Source: an uncultured Bacteroidota bacterium
GTDB taxonomy: Bacteria > Bacteroidota > Bacteroidia > JABEUT01
Direction of reading: 5' to 3'
DNA length: 64,000 bases
Assembly: GCA_903916255.1 (NCBI GenBank)
Contig: CAIWVW010000143.1
Span: forward strand, 12,589 to 76,588
Part shown: piece by piece, positions 50,177-60,386 of the stretch
How positions within the stretch are numbered: position 1 is the stretch's first letter
Layout: every line of letters starts with the position of its first letter
Position numbers and translations under genes: made by a program
Notes under the pieces: generated by a model
The model's database searches: none
Told to the model about the DNA's origin: nothing
What the model saw: only the letters and a program-made list of their open reading frames with translations

Positions 50177-52264
50177 GTGGATATGCCGACAACCCTCGCT
50201 GCGAAAAATGAATCTGTAGGCTCTGTACCGGTAAATACGGTTTTACGGGCTTTTGAATTGATGTGCACCGCCAAAGCGATGTCAGAACTTTTTGAAAAAA
50301 ATGCAGCTGTAACAAGTAAATATGTTCATGCCACCTCGCGCGGGCATGAAGCCGTGCAAATAGCACTGGGCCTTCAACTGAAACCTCAGGATTATTTGAG
50401 CGCCTATTACCGCGATGATAGTATTCTTCTCTCTATAGGCATGACACCTTATGAGCTTATGCTGCAGCTGATGGCAAAAGCTGATGACCCATTCTCCGGC
50501 GGAAGAACCTATTATTCGCACCCAAGTTTGAAGCGGGATAATATGCCTAAAATACCGCACCAAAGTTCGGCTACGGGTATGCAGGCAATTCCAACTACAG
50601 GCATTGCAATGGGTATTCAGTATAAAGAAAAAAGAGGATTATTGCCGGTATATGAAGATGGAAAACCGATTGTGGTTTGTTCTCTTGGAGATGGTTCGGT
50701 TACGGAAGGGGAAGTGGCAGAAGCCTTTCAGATGGCGGTTTTGAAAAAACTTCCGATACTATATTTAGTGCAGGATAACGATTGGGATATTTCCGCGACC
50801 GGAAAAGAAACCCGTGCCATGGATGCCGTAGAATATGCCAAAGGATTTAAAGGATTGGAAACACGCAGCATTGACGGCACCGACTTTATGCGTAGCTTTC
50901 AAACATTGCGCGATGTTATTCATACTATCCGCACTGAACGCAGGCCATTTTTGGTTCATGCAAAAGTGCCGCTGTTGAATCACCATACTTCGGGTGTGCG
51001 CAAAGAATGGTACCGTGCCGATTTGGAAGAGGCTGCCAAACGAGACCCATATCCAAGATTGAAAAGCCAATTGATTATTGCAGGTTTCAATAAGGACAAG
51101 ATAAAACAGATTGAAGAAAAAGAAACCAAAGCAGTAAGCGAAGCGTATGAAAAAGCATTAAAAGCTGCCGACCCGCTGCCTGAAGATTTATTTAAACATG
51201 ACTTTGCACCTACTCCCATTACCGAAGAAAAAGGTGTGCGCGAGCCCACAGGAGGAGAAAAAAAGGTAATGGTAGATTGCGCTCTTTTTGCTATAAGGGA
51301 GTTGATGGAGAAACATACCGAATGTTTGTTCTATGGGCAGGATGTAGGCGGACGCTTAGGCGGGGTATTCCGCGAAGCGGCAACACTGGCGCAGCAATTT
51401 GGCGATGACCGGGTATTTAATACACCTATTCAGGAAGCATTTATTGTGGGAAGTACAGTCGGCATGTCAGCCACAGGTTGCAAACCTATAGTAGAAATTC
51501 AATTTGCCGATTATATATGGCCGGGGCTTAATCAATTGTTCACCGAGGTTAGCCGTTCTTGTTACCTGACAAACGGAAAATGGCCCGTAAGTTGTATTAT
51601 TCGCGTCCCTATTGGTGCGTATGGCAGTGGTGGGCCTTATCACTCATCCAGTGTTGAATCTGTATTAACAAATATCCGCGGCATAAAAATTGCATATCCT
51701 TCCACCGGTGCTGATTTAAAAGGCCTATTAAAATCTGCATATTACGACCCGAACCCTGTGGTTATGCTGGAACATAAAGGCCTCTACTGGTCAAAAATTA
51801 AAGGAACCGAAGATGCGAAAACAGTGGAACCGGATGCCGATTATATCATTCCGTTTGGAAAAGGAAGGGTGGTGCAAAGCGCAGACCCTGTTGGTACAAC
51901 ACTTGCAATTATCACTTACGGCATGGGTGTTTACTGGGCAAAAAATGCAGCTAAAAATTTCCCCGGGAAAGTAGAAATTATCGATTTGCGAACACTTTAT
52001 CCGTTGGATGAAGAATTGATTTTTGCTACTGTTAAGAAACACAGCCGTTGTTTGGTAGTTACGGAAGAACCTGTTAATAATGGATTTTCACAATCTATTG
52101 CAGCGCGGATTCAGCAACACTGTTTCGAATATTTAGATGCTCCGGTAACCGTTATCGGCTCTGAAAATATGCCCGCTGTTCCACTTAATACTATTTTAGA
52201 ACAAACTATGCTACCTAATGCCGACAAGGTATCGGCAGCTATCGAAAAACTTTTATCCTATTAA
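50177..52264 (+). CDS. Fused alpha/beta E1 component of a thiamine-diphosphate 2-oxoacid dehydrogenase (branched-chain keto-acid dehydrogenase type)
   Basis: 695 aa. N-terminal alpha-like TPP-binding half and a C-terminal transketolase-like beta half. This fusion is common in Bacteroidota. Confidence 0.7.
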   Translation: MDMPTTLAAKNESVGSVPVNTVLRAFELMCTAKAMSELFEKNAAVTSKYVHATSRGHEAVQIALGLQLKPQDYLSAYYRDDSILLSIGMTPYELMLQLMAKADDPFSGGRTYYSHPSLKRDNMPKIPHQSSATGMQAIPTTGIAMGIQYKEKRGLLPVYEDGKPIVVCSLGDGSVTEGEVAEAFQMAVLKKLPILYLVQDNDWDISATGKETRAMDAVEYAKGFKGLETRSIDGTDFMRSFQTLRDVIHTIRTERRPFLVHAKVPLLNHHTSGVRKEWYRADLEEAAKRDPYPRLKSQLIIAGFNKDKIKQIEEKETKAVSEAYEKALKAADPLPEDLFKHDFAPTPITEEKGVREPTGGEKKVMVDCALFAIRELMEKHTECLFYGQDVGGRLGGVFREAATLAQQFGDDRVFNTPIQEAFIVGSTVGMSATGCKPIVEIQFADYIWPGLNQLFTEVSRSCYLTNGKWPVSCIIRVPIGAYGSGGPYHSSSVESVLTNIRGIKIAYPSTGADLKGLLKSAYYDPNPVVMLEHKGLYWSKIKGTEDAKTVEPDADYIIPFGKGRVVQSADPVGTTLAIITYGMGVYWAKNAAKNFPGKVEIIDLRTLYPLDEELIFATVKKHSRCLVVTEEPVNNGFSQSIAARIQQHCFEYLDAPVTVIGSENMPAVPLNTILEQTMLPNADKVSAAIEKLLSY

Positions 52265-52270
52265 TTTTAT

Positions 52271-52834
52271 ATGAAATACACTTCAGTCGTTCTTTCTCTG
52301 GTTTCAATTTTTATTATTCTGCAAAATACATCCTGCATACGCGGAAATAAATACCCTAAGGAAACAAAAACGCTGGACAGCCTGCAAATACTCGTTGTTA
52401 AAGCAGATTCAGCAGTTAAAACAATCGACTCTGCAAAAATTGCAGGGTATGGAAATCATATTATGAATGATATGCAATTACTGCAAATGGCACATGTAGA
52501 TAGCATGAGCGGGGCCGCTGCGGATGTTTTCAGAAACTTCAATGAATTACGCTGGTCGCTCGCAACTATAGCCGGAAAAAGAGGTCCGTTATTAATCGAG
52601 TTAGGGAAATCGGAAAAACAATTAATTCACTTGAGCCATGACTTGCAACATAATCTGGTTCCTGCCGATAGTGCTCAATATTTCATTTCAAATGAAGCGA
52701 GAAAGGCGACCGAATTAGTGCAGGTATCAAACATGTCGATGCAGAGTATTGCCACGCAGGTTCCGCGCTACCAATACATTGCCCCGAAAGCTGATTCACT
52801 GATTTCACTGCTAAAGGACCATAAAAAGATTTAA
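52271..52834 (+). CDS. Hypothetical lipoprotein/secreted protein
   Basis: 187 aa. Signal peptide ending ...LQNTSC (lipobox-like). Confidence 0.4.
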   Translation: MKYTSVVLSLVSIFIILQNTSCIRGNKYPKETKTLDSLQILVVKADSAVKTIDSAKIAGYGNHIMNDMQLLQMAHVDSMSGAAADVFRNFNELRWSLATIAGKRGPLLIELGKSEKQLIHLSHDLQHNLVPADSAQYFISNEARKATELVQVSNMSMQSIATQVPRYQYIAPKADSLISLLKDHKKI

Positions 52835-52851
52835 TTTTTCTTATCAATAAA

Positions 52852-54675
52852 ATGAAGAGGCTTTTTTTAATTTGTTTTCTGGCATGCTTCTTCCAGCAGG
52901 TTTATTCGCAGACTACGGACGAGCAACTTGCATACCAGTACTACCAGAATAAGCAATATGACAAGGCCATTGTTTATTACGAAAAAGTATTCCCCAAAAA
53001 ACCTTCACCCGATAATTACCATTATTATTTAGACTGCCTGCTGCATACCAAGGACTATAAAACAGCTGAAAAGATTATAAAAAAGGAGCTGAAACAGGAA
53101 CCCGAGAACTCCATTTTATTAGTAGACGAGGGGATGCTTTATAAATTAGAAGGTAACGATAAGCAAACTAAAGATGCATTCGCCAAAGCAATTCAAAAGT
53201 TGCCTGCTGACAGGGATAAAGTACTGGAGCTTGGCAAAGCTTTTATGGATGAGAAAGAATTCGACTATGCTTTGCAAACCTATAATCAGGGTAAAAAATT
53301 GTTAGGAGATTCTTACCCTTTTGTTTCGGAAATTGGCGCTGTGTATAAAGCTCAGGGTAATACTGCGGCCATGGTCGATTCTTATTTGGAAACACTGGCC
53401 TTGTCTCCTACTTTCATACAATATGTGCAGGATGCATTGCAGCTAAGTGTTGGAAATTATGCCGATGAAACCCAGAATACTATTGTTAAAACAGAGTTAT
53501 TGAAATATATTCAGCGCTACCCTGATAAGGATGTGTATTCCGAATTATTAATCTGGATGCTGCTTCAGTTAAAAGATTATCCGAACGCATTAGTGCAAGT
53601 AAAAGCCCTTGACCGCAGGAAAAATGAAGGCGGTTACAGATTGATGACTTTTGCATCCACATGCGTTACCGCCGGAGCTTACGACCCTGCCATACAAGCA
53701 TACCAGTATGTGATTGCCAGAGGACCCAAAGGAGATAATTATGCCCAAGCAAAAATTGCCCAATTAAATGTGATGTACCTCAAATTAACCAATGGCGGCA
53801 CATACACCCAGGATGAATTGGCAGGCCTTGAAACCAAATATAACCAAGCCTTATCTGAGTTAAGCAAAACAGATGCCAGTATTTCACTGATGCAACAATT
53901 AGCTAAGTTAGAAGGTTTTTATCTGCATCATGATTCCATCGCTATTGCATTAATGCAGGAGGCGGTTAACATGCCCGGAACTTCTCCGCAAACACAGGCG
54001 CGTTGCCGCATGGAGCTGGCTGACCTCATGTTGTTAGATGGTCAAACATGGGAAGCGTCTTTGCTTTACAGCAAGGTTGAACAAGGCTTCAAAGAAGAGC
54101 CTATCGGGGATGAAGCCAAATTTAAAAATGCGACTATTTACTATTATACCGGTAATTTTAAATGGGCGCAGGCCGAACTGAATATTCTTCGCTCGGCTAC
54201 AACAAAATTAATTGCGAATGATGCTATGGCATTATCGCTGGTAGTGTCAGACAATACCCAGGATTCAGCTATGGAACCGGCTTTGCTGCTTTTTGCCCAT
54301 GTCCAGTTGCTCGATTTTGAAAACTATGAAGACAGCGTTTCCATATTGCTCGATTCTGTTTACAACATCAGCGGCACCACTACCCTAAAAGAAGAAGTGC
54401 TTATGCAACGGGCTTCAGTGGCTGAAAAGAAAGGCGATTATCAAAAAGCATTGGGTTATTATTCCGATGAACAAACCGTTTATCCCGACGGAATGCTTCC
54501 CGATAAAGCACTTTATCTTTCTGCAAAATTGGAAGATACCAAACTGCATGATGAAAAAAAAGCGGCTGAACTTTACAAACAGTTAATCCTAAAATATCCC
54601 GGAAGTTTTTACATAGAAGAAACCCGCGACCGCTATCGTCAATTGGTGAAGGACGATGCCCCTCCGGTGAATTAA
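52852..54675 (+). CDS. Secreted tetratricopeptide-repeat (TPR) protein
   Basis: 607 aa. Signal peptide. Recurrent A/Y/L-patterned helical repeats throughout. Confidence 0.55.
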   Translation: MKRLFLICFLACFFQQVYSQTTDEQLAYQYYQNKQYDKAIVYYEKVFPKKPSPDNYHYYLDCLLHTKDYKTAEKIIKKELKQEPENSILLVDEGMLYKLEGNDKQTKDAFAKAIQKLPADRDKVLELGKAFMDEKEFDYALQTYNQGKKLLGDSYPFVSEIGAVYKAQGNTAAMVDSYLETLALSPTFIQYVQDALQLSVGNYADETQNTIVKTELLKYIQRYPDKDVYSELLIWMLLQLKDYPNALVQVKALDRRKNEGGYRLMTFASTCVTAGAYDPAIQAYQYVIARGPKGDNYAQAKIAQLNVMYLKLTNGGTYTQDELAGLETKYNQALSELSKTDASISLMQQLAKLEGFYLHHDSIAIALMQEAVNMPGTSPQTQARCRMELADLMLLDGQTWEASLLYSKVEQGFKEEPIGDEAKFKNATIYYYTGNFKWAQAELNILRSATTKLIANDAMALSLVVSDNTQDSAMEPALLLFAHVQLLDFENYEDSVSILLDSVYNISGTTTLKEEVLMQRASVAEKKGDYQKALGYYSDEQTVYPDGMLPDKALYLSAKLEDTKLHDEKKAAELYKQLILKYPGSFYIEETRDRYRQLVKDDAPPVN

Positions 54676-54694
54676 TATTTCGCTTTTAATCGCC

Positions 54695-55168
54695 ATGACA
54701 ATCCGCAATTATTTACCAAATGATGAACAAGGAGTAAGACAATTATTGCTTAGCAATATACCCAACGGTTACTTTGTATTGGATGATATGCAAATGCTTG
54801 ATGACTGGATTACTGCGCAAAACAAGGGCATTCCTGCGTATCCTCCATCAATGGCCGATTATTTTTTTGTTTTGGAAACTGATAAAATAATTGGTTGTGC
54901 AGGGTTTTATGTATTGGAAACTGAAAACCGCGCCCATCTTACCTGGGGGATGGTTGACGCGGATTATCACAAAAAAGGATTAGGAAAATTACTCTTCGAT
55001 TACCGCGTTAATAAAGTAAAAGAATTATATCCCGGTTTTATAATTACACTGGGTACAAGCCAATATACTTTCAAGTTTTTTGAAAAATTGGGAATGAAAG
55101 TTGAGTCTATTACTCCCAATGGATTTGGAAATAATTATGACAGGTATTTCATGCGCATGACTATTTAA
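54695..55168 (+). CDS. GNAT family N-acetyltransferase
   Basis: 157 aa. HKKGLGKLL is the acetyl-CoA-binding Q/RxxGxG/A motif. Confidence 0.65.
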   Translation: MTIRNYLPNDEQGVRQLLLSNIPNGYFVLDDMQMLDDWITAQNKGIPAYPPSMADYFFVLETDKIIGCAGFYVLETENRAHLTWGMVDADYHKKGLGKLLFDYRVNKVKELYPGFIITLGTSQYTFKFFEKLGMKVESITPNGFGNNYDRYFMRMTI

Positions 55169-55172
55169 ACTT

Positions 55173-56849
55173 TTACTGTATTACCCATTTGCCGTGCGCA
55201 ACGGCGGCATTTTTTTCTTCCAAAGACCAGATGTAGGTTCCTGCAGAAAGATAATTCAAGTTTAACTTATAGGTTCCGTTTCCGGGAATCTGCACCTCAT
55301 CTACCTTCCTGCCTTCAATACTGAAAACTTCCAATTTACATTGCTGCAGCGGAACTGAAGCGTTCACAACGATATTAGTTTCATCATGGAAAGGATTTGG
55401 ATAGGCTTCCACTTTCACGTTGGAATTATCGGAAACAGAAAATATAGCATTCGGAATTTTTGCCGTTGGTGTTGCGTTAAAGAATGTATTTTCTTTTCCG
55501 GTGCGCAAATCGCTCCAGCTTACAAACAAGCCCGAATCGGACACTGCACAACCAAGAAAATCGTCCCCCCGTTCAATCAATACACCCGGTGAAATGGTAT
55601 CACTGATTAAGAAATTAGGGCCGTAACTATCCCCTCCGTTCTTAGATTCGGCAGCATAAATCTGGAATGATGCACTATCGCCTCTGCCGGTGTTCCGCCT
55701 GTCGCGCCATGCAAGGCCAAAGGTTCCGTCTTGAGCAAAACTTCCGCAGCTTAAATCGTGGCACGTATCATAGGCTCCCATTTGGTCATCGTTTACCCGC
55801 ACAGGGCCGTTCCATGTTAATCCCGCATCGTGCGTATTATAGGTAACAACATCCGGTTCACCATATCTATTTGTAGCGCCTGTAATAACTAAGTTAGATG
55901 TATCCGCCGGATTAGCCGAAATAGAGACACCTGATTTAAGAAGCGAATCTGCGGCAGGAATAACATCGGCCGATGTTATGTTTATTGCAGCATGGGTGAT
56001 AAAGGTATTTCCTCCGTCATACGATTTAACCAATATCAATCGGGCATAAGGACTGTATGCGGTATAATATGAAAAATAGACTGCATATAAAGTTCCATTG
56101 GCAGCTACGGTCATAAATGCGGTGGCATCTGTCATTACACCTGCTGGAATACTGTCATCTAATCGTTTTATGGGCGTCCACGTAGCACCGCTGTCAGTGG
56201 AATAAGTAAACCATGGGTGGTGAGGTTGAGGTGTGAAATAGGCATTCTGGCTGGTTACATAAACCCTTCCCGAATAGGGGCCGTTGCTGCCATCGGCAGC
56301 TATCCATGGCCTGTCGATAGGCAAATTAGGCTGTGCTGAATAGGAAATTGCTTTTACAGGGGTGCTCCAATTTATGCCACCATTGACGGAACGAGCAACC
56401 ATAATATAACCGGAATCGCTGGCATGTAAACCTGAAATATCAATGTAAGCAAGATATACGCAACTGTCTTTGCCAAAATAAATAGTAGGGTCGGGAGAAT
56501 TAAAACTGGAATATAAATGCGGTAATATTTGCAAGGGAGTCCATGTTTTTCCACCATCGAATGAGGAGCGCGTGGCAATTGCATCCTTCAGATTGGAAAG
56601 AGAAAAATAAATCCAGGCTGTTACCAAATGTTTGGGGTTTTTAGGATTCACTGCAAGGTTGCACTCTCCATCAAAATAAGGAGAGTTGGAAAGATTAATG
56701 TTTTGCGCATTCGAAAACAGGGAGGTAAAACAAAAAAGAATTGCAAAACTCCAAAAGGTAGTTTTCTTTTTCATGGGTGATATTTTTGGGTTGGACATTT
56801 GGGAATACCTAAAGTTTAAAGGATATAACTGCGTAAAGTTATAAAACAA
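55173..56849 (-). CDS. BNR/Asp-box repeat (sialidase-fold-like) secreted protein with T9SS C-terminal domain
   Basis: Five SxDxGxTW-type Asp-boxes (SFDGGKTWTP, STDSGATWTP, SYDGGNTFIT, THDAGLTWNGP, SKNGGDSYGP). C-terminal YPNPFHDETNIVV...LEVFSIEGRKV CTD. Confidence 0.65.
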   Translation of the reverse strand: MFYNFTQLYPLNFRYSQMSNPKISPMKKKTTFWSFAILFCFTSLFSNAQNINLSNSPYFDGECNLAVNPKNPKHLVTAWIYFSLSNLKDAIATRSSFDGGKTWTPLQILPHLYSSFNSPDPTIYFGKDSCVYLAYIDISGLHASDSGYIMVARSVNGGINWSTPVKAISYSAQPNLPIDRPWIAADGSNGPYSGRVYVTSQNAYFTPQPHHPWFTYSTDSGATWTPIKRLDDSIPAGVMTDATAFMTVAANGTLYAVYFSYYTAYSPYARLILVKSYDGGNTFITHAAINITSADVIPAADSLLKSGVSISANPADTSNLVITGATNRYGEPDVVTYNTHDAGLTWNGPVRVNDDQMGAYDTCHDLSCGSFAQDGTFGLAWRDRRNTGRGDSASFQIYAAESKNGGDSYGPNFLISDTISPGVLIERGDDFLGCAVSDSGLFVSWSDLRTGKENTFFNATPTAKIPNAIFSVSDNSNVKVEAYPNPFHDETNIVVNASVPLQQCKLEVFSIEGRKVDEVQIPGNGTYKLNLNYLSAGTYIWSLEEKNAAVAHGKWVIQ

Positions 56850-56916
56850 AAAGGTTCTGATATTTTTAAGCAGAACCTTTTATTAACCTACAAACTTAAA
56901 ACCGAAACTATTTTAA

Positions 56917-58104
56917 CTAAGGATATGCAACAGCAATGGTTGCTGTGCAATTGTTTGCAATAACTACCGATGGAGTTGCAGCGCTATTATATAATGAACA
57001 GCTAAAGTTCACCTTCAGCATTTTGGTTGGATACCCGCTGGTGTTTGTTTGATAATCGGAAACAGAATTAATCTGGAATGAGCCTGCCTGAGAATTACTT
57101 TTAGACGTATAAACAACTCCCGCGCTGTTTGTATAAATAATGGTTATCTGCGACAGGAACTTGGAGTTTGTCATTATATTCTGAACAGGTGATGACATAG
57201 TATAATCAAAGCGGCAAGGAGGTGTGGTATCAGTCGAAACCGTATAATTATAACTGGCAGTATCGTTATTGGCATCTTTCACCTGCAACTTAACAGGAAA
57301 TGTAGCTGTAGTTGTATAAGTATGGATAGTGGATAAGGTTGTAGTAACTGAATTTACTATAGTCGAATCGCCATCTCCAAAATAAAACTTATAACTGTAT
57401 GGGCTGGTTCCGTGTGATACAGCAGTTGTAAAAGCAATAGAATCATGTGCACCAACATATAATACAGAAGATATTGAATCAATCATAAATGAAGGAGTAG
57501 TTTTCAAAATATTAAGTGGGTTTGACATGTATATATTACCACATGCACTGGAAAAATCCACATTAAGGGAAGTGTTGTAATACTTTCGCGCCGAATACCT
57601 ATGGGTAAGGGCAGTATCCAATGTTGTCGTTACATTAGGAGACAAGTCTCCGAAAGAATAGGTGAGTGAAGTTGGAGTTCCGTAGTATATTTTAGGAGTA
57701 AAAGTTACCAGATAAGAAGTATCGGAAATAGGAAGACCTGTAAAATAACCATAGGTTTTGGCCGGGGAAAGTGCGGAATCTATATGGGCGGATGTTACAG
57801 CAGCGTTTAGTTGTGAAGCCCTATAATCATTAATAATTATTTGGATACTGTTATTGCCGGTAGCCGTGTTTTGCAACGTGCCATTAAAACTGTAAACTCC
57901 TGTGCTGTCATTTTGCGAGTACGTAGAATACATGTAATAATTATTCACACCAGCCTGCCAGCTCAAAGTGTTGCTGTTTATAGTTCCTGTGAAATAAAAC
58001 ACAGGTTGGTTTTCTATTGTTGTGGGAGGCAGTTGTTCTTTTTTACAGGCAGTAAAAACTGCACCTATAAAAATAAAAAGAAAGATTCGTTTTACCGTTT
58101 TCAT
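56917..58104 (-). CDS. Hypothetical Ser/Thr-rich lipoprotein
   Basis: 395 aa. Lipoprotein signal ...GAVFTAC. Confidence 0.4.
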   Translation of the reverse strand: MKTVKRIFLFIFIGAVFTACKKEQLPPTTIENQPVFYFTGTINSNTLSWQAGVNNYYMYSTYSQNDSTGVYSFNGTLQNTATGNNSIQIIINDYRASQLNAAVTSAHIDSALSPAKTYGYFTGLPISDTSYLVTFTPKIYYGTPTSLTYSFGDLSPNVTTTLDTALTHRYSARKYYNTSLNVDFSSACGNIYMSNPLNILKTTPSFMIDSISSVLYVGAHDSIAFTTAVSHGTSPYSYKFYFGDGDSTIVNSVTTTLSTIHTYTTTATFPVKLQVKDANNDTASYNYTVSTDTTPPCRFDYTMSSPVQNIMTNSKFLSQITIIYTNSAGVVYTSKSNSQAGSFQINSVSDYQTNTSGYPTKMLKVNFSCSLYNSAATPSVVIANNCTATIAVAYP

Positions 58105-58110
58105 ATATTT

Positions 58111-59721
58111 CTATTTCATTAACTTATATGAAAGAACCAGCCTAACGCCGCTGTTCCTTTCATATTGATTGATGCCGGGGAAGGATTTATTTTCAATATA
58201 ATTAACACCAAAATAATATTCGGGCCTTATTCCGAGCCTGCTTGTAATCATATAGGTATAGGAACCCGTAAACTGAAAATCGTAATTCGAGAACCCTTGC
58301 GTATATCCGTTCTGCATAGTTGAACTACCTGCCTCCTGCCCGAAAGGAGATTGCTGGTAGGCTGTAAGGGTACTTGCTGTTGTTAGCATAAACAGGAAAT
58401 CGAGCCCAATACTGAACATATTTTTATCGTTAATATTAACTTGGAATTTGAAGGGCATCGTAAGGTAATAAATACGCTGAGGCGTTACCGTGGTAACATC
58501 GGCGTTCTGCCCAAAGTCATATTGAATGATGCTGCTTGTATATGTTTTGTCCAGTTTATTCAATTCGGAATAACCTAATCCGACTGATGCCGAGTACCTG
58601 TAATTAAAGTAATGCGTGTATATAAAACCACCTAATGGGGTAATGCCGCTCCCTTCTTGAGTTCCATTGTTTTTCCATCCGAAAGAATAATTGCCTCCTG
58701 CATATACAGATAAAATATTGGCATCATAATCGGGCACATAAGGCTGCTCCGTACCCGGAAGTGTTAACCGTTCCACAGCCATAATGGTATCGCGTTTTAT
58801 GGTCGGCAAACTATTACTGCTCCCGCTCCGTGAATTATTTTTAGCAACTGCACCCTTATCTTTTTTAGTTACTTTTAAATTTGCAGTTTTATTATAGTTT
58901 TTATTCGCAGTTGGGTTAACAGTACCAGTAGTAGTTGAATTTTTTGGGCTGGAATTATTATCTGCAACAATATTATTTGCCGGCGAAGGATTGCTTGCTA
59001 TGGGCGGTGCAGGTGCATTACCTTCCTTTGGCTTATCAACAGGATTATTTTGTGGAGAATTTATCGGCTGTATATTATCCTTATTATCCACTGGTACCGC
59101 ATTCACATCTGCTATCGAAGTTTTTTCAGGGTTTGCATTCGTTGGAGTTATAGCATCTGTGTTGGCAGATGTTTTATTTATTTTTCCGGCAGAAGCACTA
59201 GTAACCGGTTTAGTTAAATGACGGGCTTGCGTCTCTATGTTGGGGTTGCCGCTATTATTATCAGCTATAAAAACAGGTACTGTTTTGGATTTTTTGTGCG
59301 GCACTTTTGTACTTGCCGAAGCGGCCCTTATGCCCGTGCTGTTATCCTTCTTGACAAAAGCAGATTGCACGGGCAGGGGCGCCTTCACATCGTTGGAACT
59401 ATTTTGTATTATTATATTACCATTTGTTTGACTACCGGGAGCGGCAATAGCATTATGCACAACCTGTGGTTGGCCTATATTCTGTTGGGAAGTTTGCGGA
59501 TTATTTGAAGAAGTTCGGTTATTAAGAACAAATGGTACCATTACAGCAACACCCAAAAAAAGCCCGGCGGAGAAAACGAGGGATACTCGTTTTATTCTGA
59601 CCCATCTTTCCTGCTTAATAATTAAACGCTCTGCCTCATCCCAGTTCAACTCATCGAAAGGGAACTCCCTTTCCGACAGCTTGGAATTTATCAACTCGTC
59701 AAATTTCTGTTCTTCGTTCAT
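58111..59721 (-). CDS. Anti-sigma-factor-like membrane protein: short cytoplasmic N-terminus, one TM, a long Pro/Asn/Thr-rich low-complexity linker, and a C-terminal outer-membrane beta-barrel-like domain
   Basis: 536 aa. Lies 3 bp downstream of the ECF sigma gene. TM segment VSLVFSAGLFLGVAVMV. The C-terminal about 200 aa is aromatic/Gly-alternating. Confidence 0.5.
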   Translation of the reverse strand: MNEEQKFDELINSKLSEREFPFDELNWDEAERLIIKQERWVRIKRVSLVFSAGLFLGVAVMVPFVLNNRTSSNNPQTSQQNIGQPQVVHNAIAAPGSQTNGNIIIQNSSNDVKAPLPVQSAFVKKDNSTGIRAASASTKVPHKKSKTVPVFIADNNSGNPNIETQARHLTKPVTSASAGKINKTSANTDAITPTNANPEKTSIADVNAVPVDNKDNIQPINSPQNNPVDKPKEGNAPAPPIASNPSPANNIVADNNSSPKNSTTTGTVNPTANKNYNKTANLKVTKKDKGAVAKNNSRSGSSNSLPTIKRDTIMAVERLTLPGTEQPYVPDYDANILSVYAGGNYSFGWKNNGTQEGSGITPLGGFIYTHYFNYRYSASVGLGYSELNKLDKTYTSSIIQYDFGQNADVTTVTPQRIYYLTMPFKFQVNINDKNMFSIGLDFLFMLTTASTLTAYQQSPFGQEAGSSTMQNGYTQGFSNYDFQFTGSYTYMITSRLGIRPEYYFGVNYIENKSFPGINQYERNSGVRLVLSYKLMK

Positions 59722-59724
59722 ATC

Positions 59725-60264
59725 TTACATGGCCTTCGCCAACTTTTCTTTTAATTGTTCTCTTGAATTATGCAGGTGCCATTTCGATGTGCCTTCCGTT
59801 ATACCCAGCATAATTGCAATTTCTTTATGTTCAAATCCATCAATCACAAACAAATTAAATACTTTTTGGCTCATTGGAGGCAGTTCCATAATCAGTTTGT
59901 GGATTCGTTCCGCATCCATTTTCGCTATCGCATTATTTAACTCTACCAAAGGTGCCTGTTCCGCATAATCCTTAACCATTTGTACGTTTTCATGGTCTTT
60001 CTTTTTCTTGCGGTATTCATCTATCAGCACATTCACCATTATTTTTCGAATCCAGGCTTTAAATGGTACATCCGCCCGGTACTTTTCCATATTGTTCAAT
60101 ATCTTCAAAAATCCTGTGTTCAATGCCTCATTTGCCTCCTCGTATGAATGGGTATAACGCACACAGATACTCATCAAATACCTAAATACCAGCTTGTAAA
60201 GCTCATACTGAGCCTTCCTCTCCTTCCTGATGCAAGCAGTAATTAAGTCGATTTCTATGTTCAT
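59725..60264 (-). CDS. ECF-type RNA polymerase sigma-70 factor
   Basis: 179 aa. Region-2 segment (NEALNTGFLKILNNMEKYR) and region-4 HTH (FVIDGFEHKEIAIMLGITEGTSKWHLHNSREQLK). Confidence 0.85.
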   Translation of the reverse strand: MNIEIDLITACIRKERKAQYELYKLVFRYLMSICVRYTHSYEEANEALNTGFLKILNNMEKYRADVPFKAWIRKIMVNVLIDEYRKKKKDHENVQMVKDYAEQAPLVELNNAIAKMDAERIHKLIMELPPMSQKVFNLFVIDGFEHKEIAIMLGITEGTSKWHLHNSREQLKEKLAKAM

Positions 60265-60386
60265 TCGAAAAGGCTTTGCCGGCTTATTTTAATTACTAAT
60301 ACGCCCATGTAAGTCCAAAGGTTGGGGAAGCTAATGCAATATAGTTAAGAATTTTATATCAGATTGACAATCAACAACAAATTTTA

